A stretch of DNA of 48,252 bases, counting the filler, from Stramenopiles sp. TOSAG23-2 (Eukaryota): assembly GCA_900128395.1 (NCBI GenBank). It is 2 parts of 2 records of this genome, joined end to end, with 100 filler letters (N's around TTAATTAATTAA, not from the genome) between each part and the next. Parts side by side here need not be neighbours in the genome. Positions count along the whole stretch, not along the records: positions 1 to 24,102 come from LT649470.1; positions 24,203 to 48,252 come from LT649471.1. One strand, given 5' to 3'. This document shows positions 20,804 to 30,850 of this stretch, in pieces. The notes below the pieces were generated by a model that worked only from the letters and a program-made list of their open reading frames with translations, was not told the origin of the DNA and did no database searches. Both the position numbers and the translations under genes were made by a program. Every line of letters begins with the position of its first letter. The first letter of the stretch is position 1.

Positions 20804-23710
20804 TTATAAATTATTCACTTTCTTTTGTAATATATTGTTTCTCTTTGTAAGGCTCTTAATCATGTCTCTATAGCCAAGCTCATGTTCAGCGTGAAATTCT
20901 TCATTAGTTTTAATAGTATTTCCTAAAAAGTAAGGCTTTGTAGCCAAAAAAACTACAAGTATGATCAAAAGTCTTACATCTATTATGTATCTAGTGATTA
21001 ACGATACGAAACTGAAATCACCATTATTTAGCGTTATAATTGGAGATAATCCATTGTAATATTCTTTAAATGGACCTTGGGACCATAGACAAGCACACAA
21101 GACTAAAACTTTATTATCAGGATGTTTCACATCATTTAAAAAGGTCAAAGGCATCAGTTTAAAGGCATCAATATATCTATATGAGTCACTTGTTGGATAT
21201 GGATTAATAAATAATATGGTTTCTGTCGAATTTATTGGATCCTTCTCCCACTCGATTGCTTTTAGTGGTGAGGAGAGCGCTTCTGCTAAAGTACTAGCAT
21301 TAGCTGGAAGAAGTTTTGTATGTTGATTTAAAAGTAAGTAACATTCATCCACTTCATAGTTATCATCTTTATATCGTTGTAGTTCATAGTCATCATGTTC
21401 TTTAAATTCTACTATACCGTAATTATCATATGTCGTATTTTTTGGTAACGACCTTGCTTGCAATTCACATTGTTTTGGAAATGTAGAATATGTTAACAAA
21501 AACGTACAATAGAAAACGTTGATAATGGATGACATCAAAAAGAACTTTAAGAAAAAGCTCAAGCTACCACCACCTCCACCACCACCTTTTGGCTTTGTAT
21601 TGCTCCAAAACATTACATTTTTCTCTGATTTAAAATTAATATAAAGTGTGATAAACATAATTACCCCAGCTAATGGATATAACGGCAACGAAATCAAGCA
21701 AATCTGGGTGTAATATAACAGTCCAATCATCTTCAGTTCAATATTAAAAGCCGTCTTTTTCATCGCTTTCTTATTTTTTTTACCCATCACCCAAGCAATT
21801 GCTGGAAACAATACTAGAAAAATTTTATGCATGACAAATTCTGTAACCATGATGTTAAAAATGCTATTACCAGCCATATCCATACGGCTGTTATAAACAG
21901 TTGGGTCAAACTTTTTTGCAAACGATTGACGTAAATGTCGCCATTTTAAATTTGGAAATAATTCAGTCCTGGATTGAAGAAAAAATGGATTTGATAAAAG
22001 CATATAAGATACTAACTGAATGACATTATTTATAGTTTTAGAAATAAAGATTCTAAAAACAATTTGTTCTACTTCATCCATTTTGTTATCCCACGCCTCC
22101 GTTTCCACTAATTTAATAATAATTTTTGGAATAATTGTATTTATCACAGATACAACGATAGGGACAACAGTGATTGGGATACTAGCTTGTTGTGCATCAG
22201 TAATTGTCAACTGACTGAATACTAAATCAGTGAAATACGCTTCATAAAATATTAATTGAAAAATACCATAGATCGCCAAACTTTGAAGAGCAAGATAGAT
22301 GGTAATCAAAAGCGCGCGTTTTGAATATAATTTTGCTTTGTCCTTGAAGCTACGGTTTTTTATAGTTTCAGCAATTTTTTCACTGATTAACATACCCGTG
22401 AACTGTTCAGCATTTCCCATCATCAAATCATTCATATCGTCCTCATCATGGAGGGTATGATCAAAACAATTCAATGATACAGTTGCGAACCGTTTTGCAT
22501 TTCCTTGCAAAGCATTTATCACTTTTGCTTTTCGGTCTTCAACAATCCATTTGTTTAAAGATATAAAAACAAGAACTATGTTTAACAATAGCAAAACAAG
22601 ACTATAATATAATGGCATATCACCCTGATAAAAACTGGAATAATAAAAAAGTTTTGCATACCAGGTACTGTCTGCAAAAACGTTTCCCGCTTCTAATTTC
22701 AATACAATTTGATAAACAATTAATGCTAAATATACTATCATAATGCTTATACTTGACTTAGTAATCCATTGATTAAAACGATAGTATGAAGCAACGGAAG
22801 AGCCAAATCTAGCTTCAACTTGGTCGACGTCTTTTTTTAAAGGATCATATTTAGTCATTATTTTTTTCACCCTATATCTGATTCTTTGTATAATATTCAT
22901 TTCTCCTTCTTGAGCATTATATAAAGCATCGTCATCGCCATCATCCCCACCTGCTTGAAGTAATTTTTTCCGCTCTTTCTCACGTCTCGCACGTTCTTCA
23001 TCCTCCTTAGCAGAGACGTCATTTACGTTAATTTTAGCTGCGAACATACCACCACCACCGGTAGCTGCCGAGTGATTGGCCGTATGCAAGTCATCTTGCG
23101 CTTGTGTCAATTGTTCGTTAAGTTTGTTATTTTTTTGCAGTTGCTTACGGTACATTTCACGTAACTTGTTCATGGTTTCTTCATATTCTTTGTTTTTTTT
23201 CATAGTTTTCAGTAATTTTCTATGAACCTGATCATCTGAAGCTAACGCTTGTGGCTTAACTAATGGCTTGCCATCCTTTGCAAATGATATGCCACTCATA
23301 TGCCCAACGCTATCTTTTTTCTCATCTCCATCATCATCATCATCTATTACGTATAAATCTGTACCACCTGAACCTTGGCGTCGTGCTGAGTGTTTTTTGG
23401 GCGCTCTATGACTATCAAGCCTTTCAATAGGATTATCCTCACCGCTAGCCCATTGCATTTGTTTATCTATAACTTTATCTAAATTCAACAGTTCACGCCT
23501 GTTTCCAGTAAACTCACTCTCTGTGACATTCTTGTCGCTTGCTTCAGTTTCATCCCATTGAAATTGAGATGCTACCCTATTTGAGTGCCCTTCCTCAATT
23601 TCCCACTGAAGGTTATGAGACTCATGGTGTTGAGAATCTTCACCAAAATTACTACCACTAGGTGCAACTTTACGAGAAGCCCCAAATAAGGACTTTCCGC
23701 CACCAAACAT
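20804..23710 (-). CDS. Transmembrane channel-like (TMC) family protein
   Basis: VEARFGSSVASYYRFNQW (TMC pre-TM1 signature), many TM segments, LVETEAW and FNIE...LLY...PL motifs, and an N-terminal coiled coil. Confidence 0.8.
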   Translation of the reverse strand: MFGGGKSLFGASRKVAPSGSNFGEDSQHHESHNLQWEIEEGHSNRVASQFQWDETEASDKNVTESEFTGNRRELLNLDKVIDKQMQWASGEDNPIERLDSHRAPKKHSARRQGSGGTDLYVIDDDDDGDEKKDSVGHMSGISFAKDGKPLVKPQALASDDQVHRKLLKTMKKNKEYEETMNKLREMYRKQLQKNNKLNEQLTQAQDDLHTANHSAATGGGGMFAAKINVNDVSAKEDEERARREKERKKLLQAGGDDGDDDALYNAQEGEMNIIQRIRYRVKKIMTKYDPLKKDVDQVEARFGSSVASYYRFNQWITKSSISIMIVYLALIVYQIVLKLEAGNVFADSTWYAKLFYYSSFYQGDMPLYYSLVLLLLNIVLVFISLNKWIVEDRKAKVINALQGNAKRFATVSLNCFDHTLHDEDDMNDLMMGNAEQFTGMLISEKIAETIKNRSFKDKAKLYSKRALLITIYLALQSLAIYGIFQLIFYEAYFTDLVFSQLTITDAQQASIPITVVPIVVSVINTIIPKIIIKLVETEAWDNKMDEVEQIVFRIFISKTINNVIQLVSYMLLSNPFFLQSRTELFPNLKWRHLRQSFAKKFDPTVYNSRMDMAGNSIFNIMVTEFVMHKIFLVLFPAIAWVMGKKNKKAMKKTAFNIELKMIGLLYYTQICLISLPLYPLAGVIMFITLYINFKSEKNVMFWSNTKPKGGGGGGGSLSFFLKFFLMSSIINVFYCTFLLTYSTFPKQCELQARSLPKNTTYDNYGIVEFKEHDDYELQRYKDDNYEVDECYLLLNQHTKLLPANASTLAEALSSPLKAIEWEKDPINSTETILFINPYPTSDSYRYIDAFKLMPLTFLNDVKHPDNKVLVLCACLWSQGPFKEYYNGLSPIITLNNGDFSFVSLITRYIIDVRLLIILVVFLATKPYFLGNTIKTNEEFHAEHELGYRDMIKSLTKRNNILQKKVNNL

Positions 23711-24102
23711 TTTTTTTGGTGTTTAATGTAGATAGAAATGCGTTCTACTTCGCAATGTTGTTTTGTTTGTTGTAAGTATGTTACGATGTATATAGTATAT
23801 TAAACTGAATAAATATATAATTTCTGTCAGTTTTTTTTTTTAGTCTTACACATAATAATATGATGTGCATTGTGTGTATTTATGATAATGATCATACTGG
23901 CAAAATCTTAAAATTGATATATTATAATAAGAATAGCATTGTATATTTATTAATACAAATAACTGAAATCGTTGTTTGTTGTTGAAAAAAAAAAGGCTGT
24001 GAAAATTTCTTTCAATCCATATAAAACCTTTAAAAGGTGTAGATTCCCAGAGATGCCACCGTTCACGTACGTTCAGTGAACGTCCAAAAGGCCAAAATGC
24101 AA

Positions 24103-24202
24103 NNNNNNNNNNNNNNNNNNNNNNNNNNNNNNNNNNNNNNNNNNNNTTAATTAATTAANNNNNNNNNNNNNNNNNNNNNNNNNNNNNNNNNNNNNNNNNN
24201 NN
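24103..24202. other. Artificial contig/scaffold linker
   Basis: 44 N + TTAATTAATTAA (stop codons in all six frames) + 44 N. Confidence 0.97.
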
Positions 24203-24870
24203 ATTCTAGGCCTTTTTCAAGCATGTTCTAATGCATTGCAAAATGGGGTATAATTGATACAATATATCTCAAGTCAGTCAAAATATTAGTACAAAAGTAG
24301 GCTCAATTCTCATTTGCAGATGTATAGTGCCAAACCTAAGAGTAAGTTGATGACAACTGAGTGTCAGGAAGATACTTTACTAACGACGTTTCAATTGCAT
24401 GTTTAAGTACCCTTACTATGGAATAGGCTTGTAAAACCTTAATAAAAGTGTCAAAAAATATGCAATTTTTAATGAAATTTCACTTTGGCGTTTCATGTAA
24501 ATGTAATATTTATTTTGGTTGGAGTTTAGAGATACAAGTTATATATATAAAGTAAGGATTTGAAAGTTTATATCACCTCAAAATGTTGAGAATGATGTTG
24601 TGAGACATAATGCAAATTTTATATATCTGATGAAATTTCTCAATTTTCGTACCCATTTTGGCGGAACTTTTAAAAATGAAAATAAAATTGGCAAAAATAT
24701 TCGTGTTTGAGGTTTTATAGAATTGTAGTATAAATTTTGTAGTCTAAGAGGTATTTTTTTGATAATTCACTTAAAACTTAATTAGAGGGATTTTTTATCA
24801 ATTGAACTAGAATTGATACACTTTCTGTTTTAGGAATTTGTACTAGTGCTGTGTCTATGGTAAATTAGTA
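24203..24870. repeat. Dispersed repeat family, copy 2 (truncated by contig start)
   Basis: Inverted, diverged homologue of 4200-4874. Confidence 0.9.
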
Positions 24871-25098
24871 TGACAGTAGGCCTTACAGAAGTTTTTATAG
24901 CGTGATTATTTTCACCACCTATCTAGATTGTACTAATTTGTATACTAGTACTAGTTTGTAAATTGAGAGACAACATTTTTTTGAATTATGCAACTTATCA
25001 ATATTTTAGGCAAATACTCTTCTTTTTAAAACCAAATATCTGATGAATTATCAATATTTAAAATTTTTTATTGTCTTTTGCCCCCCATCAAATTCTTT

Positions 25099-27828
25099 TT
25101 AAAATTTTACTTTCTTCACAATTTTTTTAACTTTTTTATGTTGCTTCAAATGTTCTTTCATTATTTTACGAACGCGATGAGGATCTTCTGGTAAATACGT
25201 AACTAACTCGTTCAAAACACGACGATCAACTTTTTTACCACTTGAATATGTCAACGTTTTTTTCTCAATTGCATCGCGTAGTTGATACACATCTCGTTCA
25301 TTAATATATACACCTCTGCGACTCATATTTTTCATCACTTTTAATGCTTCCTTATATTTTTTATGACGAAGGAACGATCGTAATATTGTGCCCTGTAATA
25401 TAGTACTCGATACACCAACACCTCTTTTCACACTATCTTCATATATTTCCTTTGCCATTTGAAAACGATTTGAACGACTGTACATTTCAATTAACAATTT
25501 ATATGTTTTAGGATTAGGTTCAACATTGTATTTAGATTCAAACATTTCAAATAATTCTCTAGCTCGTGTTAAGCGATAGGTTGATGTATACATACGTAAC
25601 AATTTATTTAAATGATGAATGTTTGGTTGGATTTCATATGCATCCAACATTTTATCAAAACAGTTTAGTGCACTTTCAATAACGCTTTCTTCATTAAAAT
25701 TACTCCGTAATACTTGTACATCCGTTGTTGTTGTTACCAGTTCCTTCAAACCAATTGATTCAATATGTTGATCTTGTGGAGATGTAATAGAATCTTTCAT
25801 ATAATCCATTATGTTTTCTTCCCAGTCTTCCTCTTTGTATGTACCATCAAATTCTGCTTCCGCTCTGGCAGCATCGGCGGCATATTTTATCATAACCGTT
25901 GTTTTCGGATCTTCCATAAAATCATCATCTTCATTGTCATATTCTTCATCATGGAATTTAGAAAAGCTATCATCATCATCATCATCATCATGGATCTCAT
26001 CATCATCATTGTTATCTACTATCAGGTTATCCTTGTCATCAATTAAAAATACATTTTCTGTGTCATCTGCTATATTTATGAAAGATTTTTCTTCTTCGTC
26101 CCGTTCCTCCATCGATTTGTCGCTATTATTATTATTATTATTATTACTACTACTATTACCTACATTACTATCATCTAATAAATTAGTAATAAGGCTATCA
26201 CTGTCATTATTAGTACCCGCACCTAAAAAATCATGCTCGCCCCCATCATCGCCATTTACGCCAAATGGATTTCCCCAAAATTCATTAAGTTTTTCAACGG
26301 CATCATCTTCTCGTTTTGGAAACATACTCAAACGCAAGAAATTCCAATCTAATTTTGGCGCAGCTAATGTTTTATTTTGACGGATTCGTTTCAATCGATT
26401 AATTTCAAATTTCACTCGTTTACGTTCTTTTCGTGGCACAATAATACTATTGTAATGAGTTTCAAATAGTAATTCAAACATTTTACTATATTCTTGTATG
26501 GAAACTTCAATAAATGAATGACTATCTAAAATACTCATCAATCGATATGCACTTTGTAACTCACCACAGCGACTGTATGCAATCATTAACGCTTTAAATG
26601 TTTTAAAATTTGGAAAAAATCCATTTAAATTATTAAAATGATCGACGAAACATTTTTCTGTTAAATATAATATATGATTCGTGGTTCGACGGTCACCCCA
26701 TGTTTGATGAGCAGGAGACAATTGTACTTTAGCACACGCCATTAATTTTATATTGGCCATTTTCATTGTCATTTCATATCCTTCACTTTGGGCTTCAGAT
26801 AAATAACTTAAAACACCTTCGTAATTATCTCGTAACAATTCATATTGCATCAATGCTTCATACATTGGCAATGTTGGTAGCGTCCCGCTACGAAACATTT
26901 CGCGATATATACCAATTGCATGTTCGTATAACATTTTTTGCAACTTTGGATCTTCATTTCTATAACTGGCATATGTTGCGTAGCCTTCCACTAATTTAGC
27001 ATATAAATAATTTTTATCATGCATAATACGCCTATGTTTTCTTTCATTCTCATTTCTTAAATATTTTTCTTCTAAAAATATCAATTCATCCAAACGGTCA
27101 TAAACTTTTGGGGCAACGTATTCATCCATTGCCCTTAAATATTCAATGGAATTAGGATCGATCTTAAACATAACTTCATCTATTTCTAAATAGACTTCTT
27201 GGGTTTTTGGCGTACATGTTGCTAATGTATATCCATATTGTGTTTTATTTTTCCACTCTCTGTTTTTTAATAATATATCGTATAATTTAGACATTTGATT
27301 TTGCTGCGATGATAAAAGATCATTATCAGCAGTAAAATGTGAAAGCATATCAGCTTCATCCCCTTCAATTGCTAATCGTTGCTCGTAATTTTGTGGCAAA
27401 TACCGCTGTTGTTCTTGTATATAATTAGTATTATTGTTGTTTTTATTACTTTTTTTCGGTTGTTTAAATAACTTATTTTTCATCTTTTGTTGTTTAACCA
27501 TTTGATAATGAGCACGTTTTTCAGCTCGAGTTTTCCCATACTTTCCCTTCGCACCACGACGTGGCTCATTATTTAATTTATTGCGCCACATTTCTTGCTT
27601 ATTTTGTACTTGTTTCGATGTTTTTCTGGATTGTTTATGTCTTTTAAATGTTGAAAAGTGTTTATTATTATTATGAAATATTAACATATTTTTATTATGA
27701 CTTATCTTATTATTGTAATTTGCATTAATAGCATGTGTAAATTTTATATTATTATTTGTATTTTTCATCCACAACAAGGTATCCCTTGCCGTTGCCGTTC
27801 TTATTTTCCATATATTTTTCAACAACAT
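25099..27828 (-). CDS. Pentatricopeptide-repeat (PPR) protein, probably mitochondrial
   Basis: PPR-like motifs (PTLPMYEALM, PNFKTFKALMIAYSRCG, PNIHHLNKLLRMY, PNPKTYKLLIEMYSR), a basic presequence-like N-terminus and a long acidic insert. Confidence 0.85.
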   Translation of the reverse strand: MLLKNIWKIRTATARDTLLWMKNTNNNIKFTHAINANYNNKISHNKNMLIFHNNNKHFSTFKRHKQSRKTSKQVQNKQEMWRNKLNNEPRRGAKGKYGKTRAEKRAHYQMVKQQKMKNKLFKQPKKSNKNNNNTNYIQEQQRYLPQNYEQRLAIEGDEADMLSHFTADNDLLSSQQNQMSKLYDILLKNREWKNKTQYGYTLATCTPKTQEVYLEIDEVMFKIDPNSIEYLRAMDEYVAPKVYDRLDELIFLEEKYLRNENERKHRRIMHDKNYLYAKLVEGYATYASYRNEDPKLQKMLYEHAIGIYREMFRSGTLPTLPMYEALMQYELLRDNYEGVLSYLSEAQSEGYEMTMKMANIKLMACAKVQLSPAHQTWGDRRTTNHILYLTEKCFVDHFNNLNGFFPNFKTFKALMIAYSRCGELQSAYRLMSILDSHSFIEVSIQEYSKMFELLFETHYNSIIVPRKERKRVKFEINRLKRIRQNKTLAAPKLDWNFLRLSMFPKREDDAVEKLNEFWGNPFGVNGDDGGEHDFLGAGTNNDSDSLITNLLDDSNVGNSSSNNNNNNNSDKSMEERDEEEKSFINIADDTENVFLIDDKDNLIVDNNDDDEIHDDDDDDDSFSKFHDEEYDNEDDDFMEDPKTTVMIKYAADAARAEAEFDGTYKEEDWEENIMDYMKDSITSPQDQHIESIGLKELVTTTTDVQVLRSNFNEESVIESALNCFDKMLDAYEIQPNIHHLNKLLRMYTSTYRLTRARELFEMFESKYNVEPNPKTYKLLIEMYSRSNRFQMAKEIYEDSVKRGVGVSSTILQGTILRSFLRHKKYKEALKVMKNMSRRGVYINERDVYQLRDAIEKKTLTYSSGKKVDRRVLNELVTYLPEDPHRVRKIMKEHLKQHKKVKKIVKKVKF

Positions 27829-27852
27829 GATTGCACAATGAGATAATCTTGG

Positions 27853-27883
<31 letters not shown>

Positions 27884-28327
27884 TACTCGCTAGTATATTT
27901 TCTTCCATCTTTCATCTCGTCTGCTACTAATAAATTATTTATTTGTTGTATATAAAGCTTTTATGATCATTTTATGTGGTGAGATGTATGTGCATCAAAT
28001 GATAGAAGAATTCGCAAAAAGTTACAAACGCCGTGGAAGGCGAGGACCCCTGCCCCAAGAAGAAAGGGGTTTGTAGCAGTGTTGGGATTGGATGAAAATT
28101 TAAGGGTGGAAATGTCGTTAAAGTGGTATGGGAAAATAGTGGATTGGTGAATTATATTAGTATGTATATAGCATTTGTGTTCGACCTTAATTAGAAGAAG
28201 AGGATTGAGAGTGAGTAATGAAAAATTATTTTAAAATAAAAGTAATACTGGTTTCATTTATAGTGGAGTAATAAAAAATAATTTAAAAAAACGAAATGGT
28301 TTATTTAATAATAAAAGGTATCCTGTT

Positions 28328-29656
28328 TTATTTATATATATCCATCCCTTTCACTTGTTGATACCCGTTTGATCCAGATCTTTTGTATTGTTGTATAGCA
28401 TTTAATTGTGATTTCATATTATCACTTAGTTGATTATTACGTATAGTCAATGATCTTAAAGTATTGTTCGTTTTTAATCCATCAATAATATTTTGTATTC
28501 CACCATCATCAGTAATATTATTATTACTTAGGTTCAATAGTCTTAATGTATTGTTTGTTTTTAATATTTCACCAATACTTTGTACGTCAGTAATATTATT
28601 TTTAGATAGGCCCAATGTCGTTAATGCTTTGTTTGTTTTTAATGCTTCACCAATACTTTGTACATCAGTAATATTATTGTTATGTAGGTTTAATGTCGTT
28701 AATGTTTTGTTTGTTTTTAATCCTTCACCAATACTTTGTACATCAGTAATATTATTGTTATGTAGTTCCAATGTCGTGAGTGTATTGTTTGTTTTTAATC
28801 CTTCGCCAATACTTTGTATATGAGTTATATTATTATTATATAGGATCAATGACGTTAATGTATTGTTTGTTTTTAACGTGAGTGTATTGTTTGTTTTTAA
28901 TCCTTCGCCAATACTTTGTATATGAGTTATATTATTATTATATAGGATCAATGACGTTAATGTATTGTTTGTTTTTAATCCTTCGCCAATACTTCGTACA
29001 TCAGTAATATTATTATTTTCAAGGGACAAGTACGTTAACGTGTTGTTTGTTTTTAATCCTTCAGCAATACGTTGTACGTCAGTAATATTATTATTAGATA
29101 GGCCCAATGTCGTTAATGTTTTGTTTGTTTTTAATGCTTCACCAATACTTTGTACATCAGTAATATTATTGTTATGTAGTCCCAATGTTGTTAATGTATT
29201 GTTTGTTTTTAATGCTTCACCAATACGTTGTACATCAGTAATATTATTACTATGTAGGGACAAGTACGTTAATGTATTATTTGTTTTTAACAATTCACCA
29301 ATATGTTGTACGTCAGTAATATTATTATTGTATAGGTCCAAGGATGTTAATGTATTGGTAGCTTTCAATGCTTCGCCTATATTTTGTAAATCTTCGTCAC
29401 GGATGTTCTTCTCAGGTAAATCTACGCCACGTGCATCAAAGTTTGTGTCATATTTTCTTTGTAATACAACTTTAAAATAATACCAACGCAAGGGATGGTA
29501 TTCAAGAAATTTTTTACATGTTTTCGCAAACATATTTATCATTGCAAGTGTATCATCGTTGAAATATGCAATGAGACCTGGTTTTGTAGAAGTACCAATA
29601 CATATTTGTAATATACCAGGTAAGTCTTCAAAATGTCGAGTAAGTAACGATGACAT
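28328..29656 (-). CDS. F-box-like domain + RI-like leucine-rich repeat protein (about 12 x 26-aa repeats)
   Basis: Repeat LKTNxTLxxLxLxxNNITDVQxIGEx. N-terminal FEDLPGILQIC...IAYFNDD...INMFAKTCKKFL. Confidence 0.9.
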   Translation of the reverse strand: MSSLLTRHFEDLPGILQICIGTSTKPGLIAYFNDDTLAMINMFAKTCKKFLEYHPLRWYYFKVVLQRKYDTNFDARGVDLPEKNIRDEDLQNIGEALKATNTLTSLDLYNNNITDVQHIGELLKTNNTLTYLSLHSNNITDVQRIGEALKTNNTLTTLGLHNNNITDVQSIGEALKTNKTLTTLGLSNNNITDVQRIAEGLKTNNTLTYLSLENNNITDVRSIGEGLKTNNTLTSLILYNNNITHIQSIGEGLKTNNTLTLKTNNTLTSLILYNNNITHIQSIGEGLKTNNTLTTLELHNNNITDVQSIGEGLKTNKTLTTLNLHNNNITDVQSIGEALKTNKALTTLGLSKNNITDVQSIGEILKTNNTLRLLNLSNNNITDDGGIQNIIDGLKTNNTLRSLTIRNNQLSDNMKSQLNAIQQYKRSGSNGYQQVKGMDIYK

Positions 29657-30130
29657 TGTATATTAATATATGTATATGTATATATATATATATCGATATA
29701 TATGATTATCTCTTTTCTCTTAGCTTTTCGGTTGTTTTATTTAATTTCTTCCGTTGTTTTGCAGTATCATGGTGGTGTTGTTATATGTATCCTATGTATA
29801 GGTTTGTTATGGCCCAATGGAAATTTAAGGCCGGAAATGTTGTTTTTAGATTATTGGGGAAATAGTCGATATAAATAAGGAAGTGTAAAAGTGAGAATTG
29901 GTGAAGGCGTTGGAGCGCATTTGTGATTATTCTAGATAGTAGAAAGGGATGGAGGGTGAAAGTAAATTTTCCTTAATTGGATGGAAGAGGTTAAAATAAG
30001 GTCAAAGTTGCCGTTTGGGGGTGGTATTTTGTTAAAATAGGTTGCAGGTCAGTATATATAAAGTAAAAAATAAGATAAAAAATAAGATATAAAAACAGAG
30101 AGAATGTTTTTAAAAGTATAGTTAATTTTT

Positions 30131-30391
30131 TTAGTGATACACACGCTCCCAAGAATCCGCCCATTGAACCATTTCATCCAACGACCACCATTGAATGTCA
30201 TCGTCGTATACCACGTCCCGGGAGAAACCGGTCCCCATCGGATATCTCGGGATCAGCGGACACAGCAAGAACTTCGTGACGTAATTTGTTCGACTAATTC
30301 TATCGATTGCATAGATGTCAACATTTGTACCATTTCTGGCCAAGATCACGTTGTTTATTTTTAAGTTAGATAATAAAGTTTTTGTATCCAT
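30131..30391 (-). CDS. Small orphan protein (~86 aa)
   Basis: ATG at 30391 (MDTKTLL). GC-richer than its flanks, globular-looking composition, preceded by an AT-rich leader like neighbouring genes. Confidence 0.5.
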   Translation of the reverse strand: MDTKTLLSNLKINNVILARNGTNVDIYAIDRISRTNYVTKFLLCPLIPRYPMGTGFSRDVVYDDDIQWWSLDEMVQWADSWERVYH

Positions 30392-30850
30392 TTTTGGAGT
30401 CACGTATATGTATGTGTATTGATGTAGATGTATATTTATTTATATATATTTTTCGTTGTAATATATTTATATATATTTTATTATTTGGATACTTTTATTC
30501 TGTATAATACTTTGTTCTATACTTTTGTTGTATCTATTTTGTTTTGAAAGGCTGGGTATTTTTTGCAGTATATATCACTATAGTTTTTTAATATAGTTTG
30601 TTTTGAAAAAAAGGCTGTAGTCTGTATTATACTGGTGGTGGTCCAGGCGGTGCCGTTTAGTCGCACTTGAAGGAGGAACGACTAAACTGCTAAATGGACT
30701 GCGTGGTATAGCATGTAGGTAGGGATTTAGTAGTGTAGGGAGTGGTTAATATGGCTAGTATATTGGTGTATTATCTATTATCTAAATGGCTGCATTGAAA
30801 TCAAGAAGTATGCGATTACAGCAAGTGAGGTAAGATTAAACGAATCTGTT

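Noticed and set aside
24036-24102. GC-richer contig end with a small hairpin (CGTTCAC...GTGAACG)
   Set aside because: Too short and truncated by the linker to call as an RNA gene or TE end.
24147-24158. TTAATTAATTAA palindrome within the N-run
   Set aside because: Synthetic six-frame stop linker. Linkage and orientation across it cannot be trusted, so the 4.2-kb and 24.2-kb copies are not treated as ends of one element.
25765-26380. Long antisense ORFs inside genes (also 1767-2318, 28965-29480, 31915-32394, 38678-39187)
   Set aside because: Shadow frames of real CDSs produced by codon bias and low complexity.
28400-29400. Regular 78-bp repeats with variable segments, superficially CRISPR-like
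   Set aside because: They are in-frame LRR coding units, and no cas genes are present.
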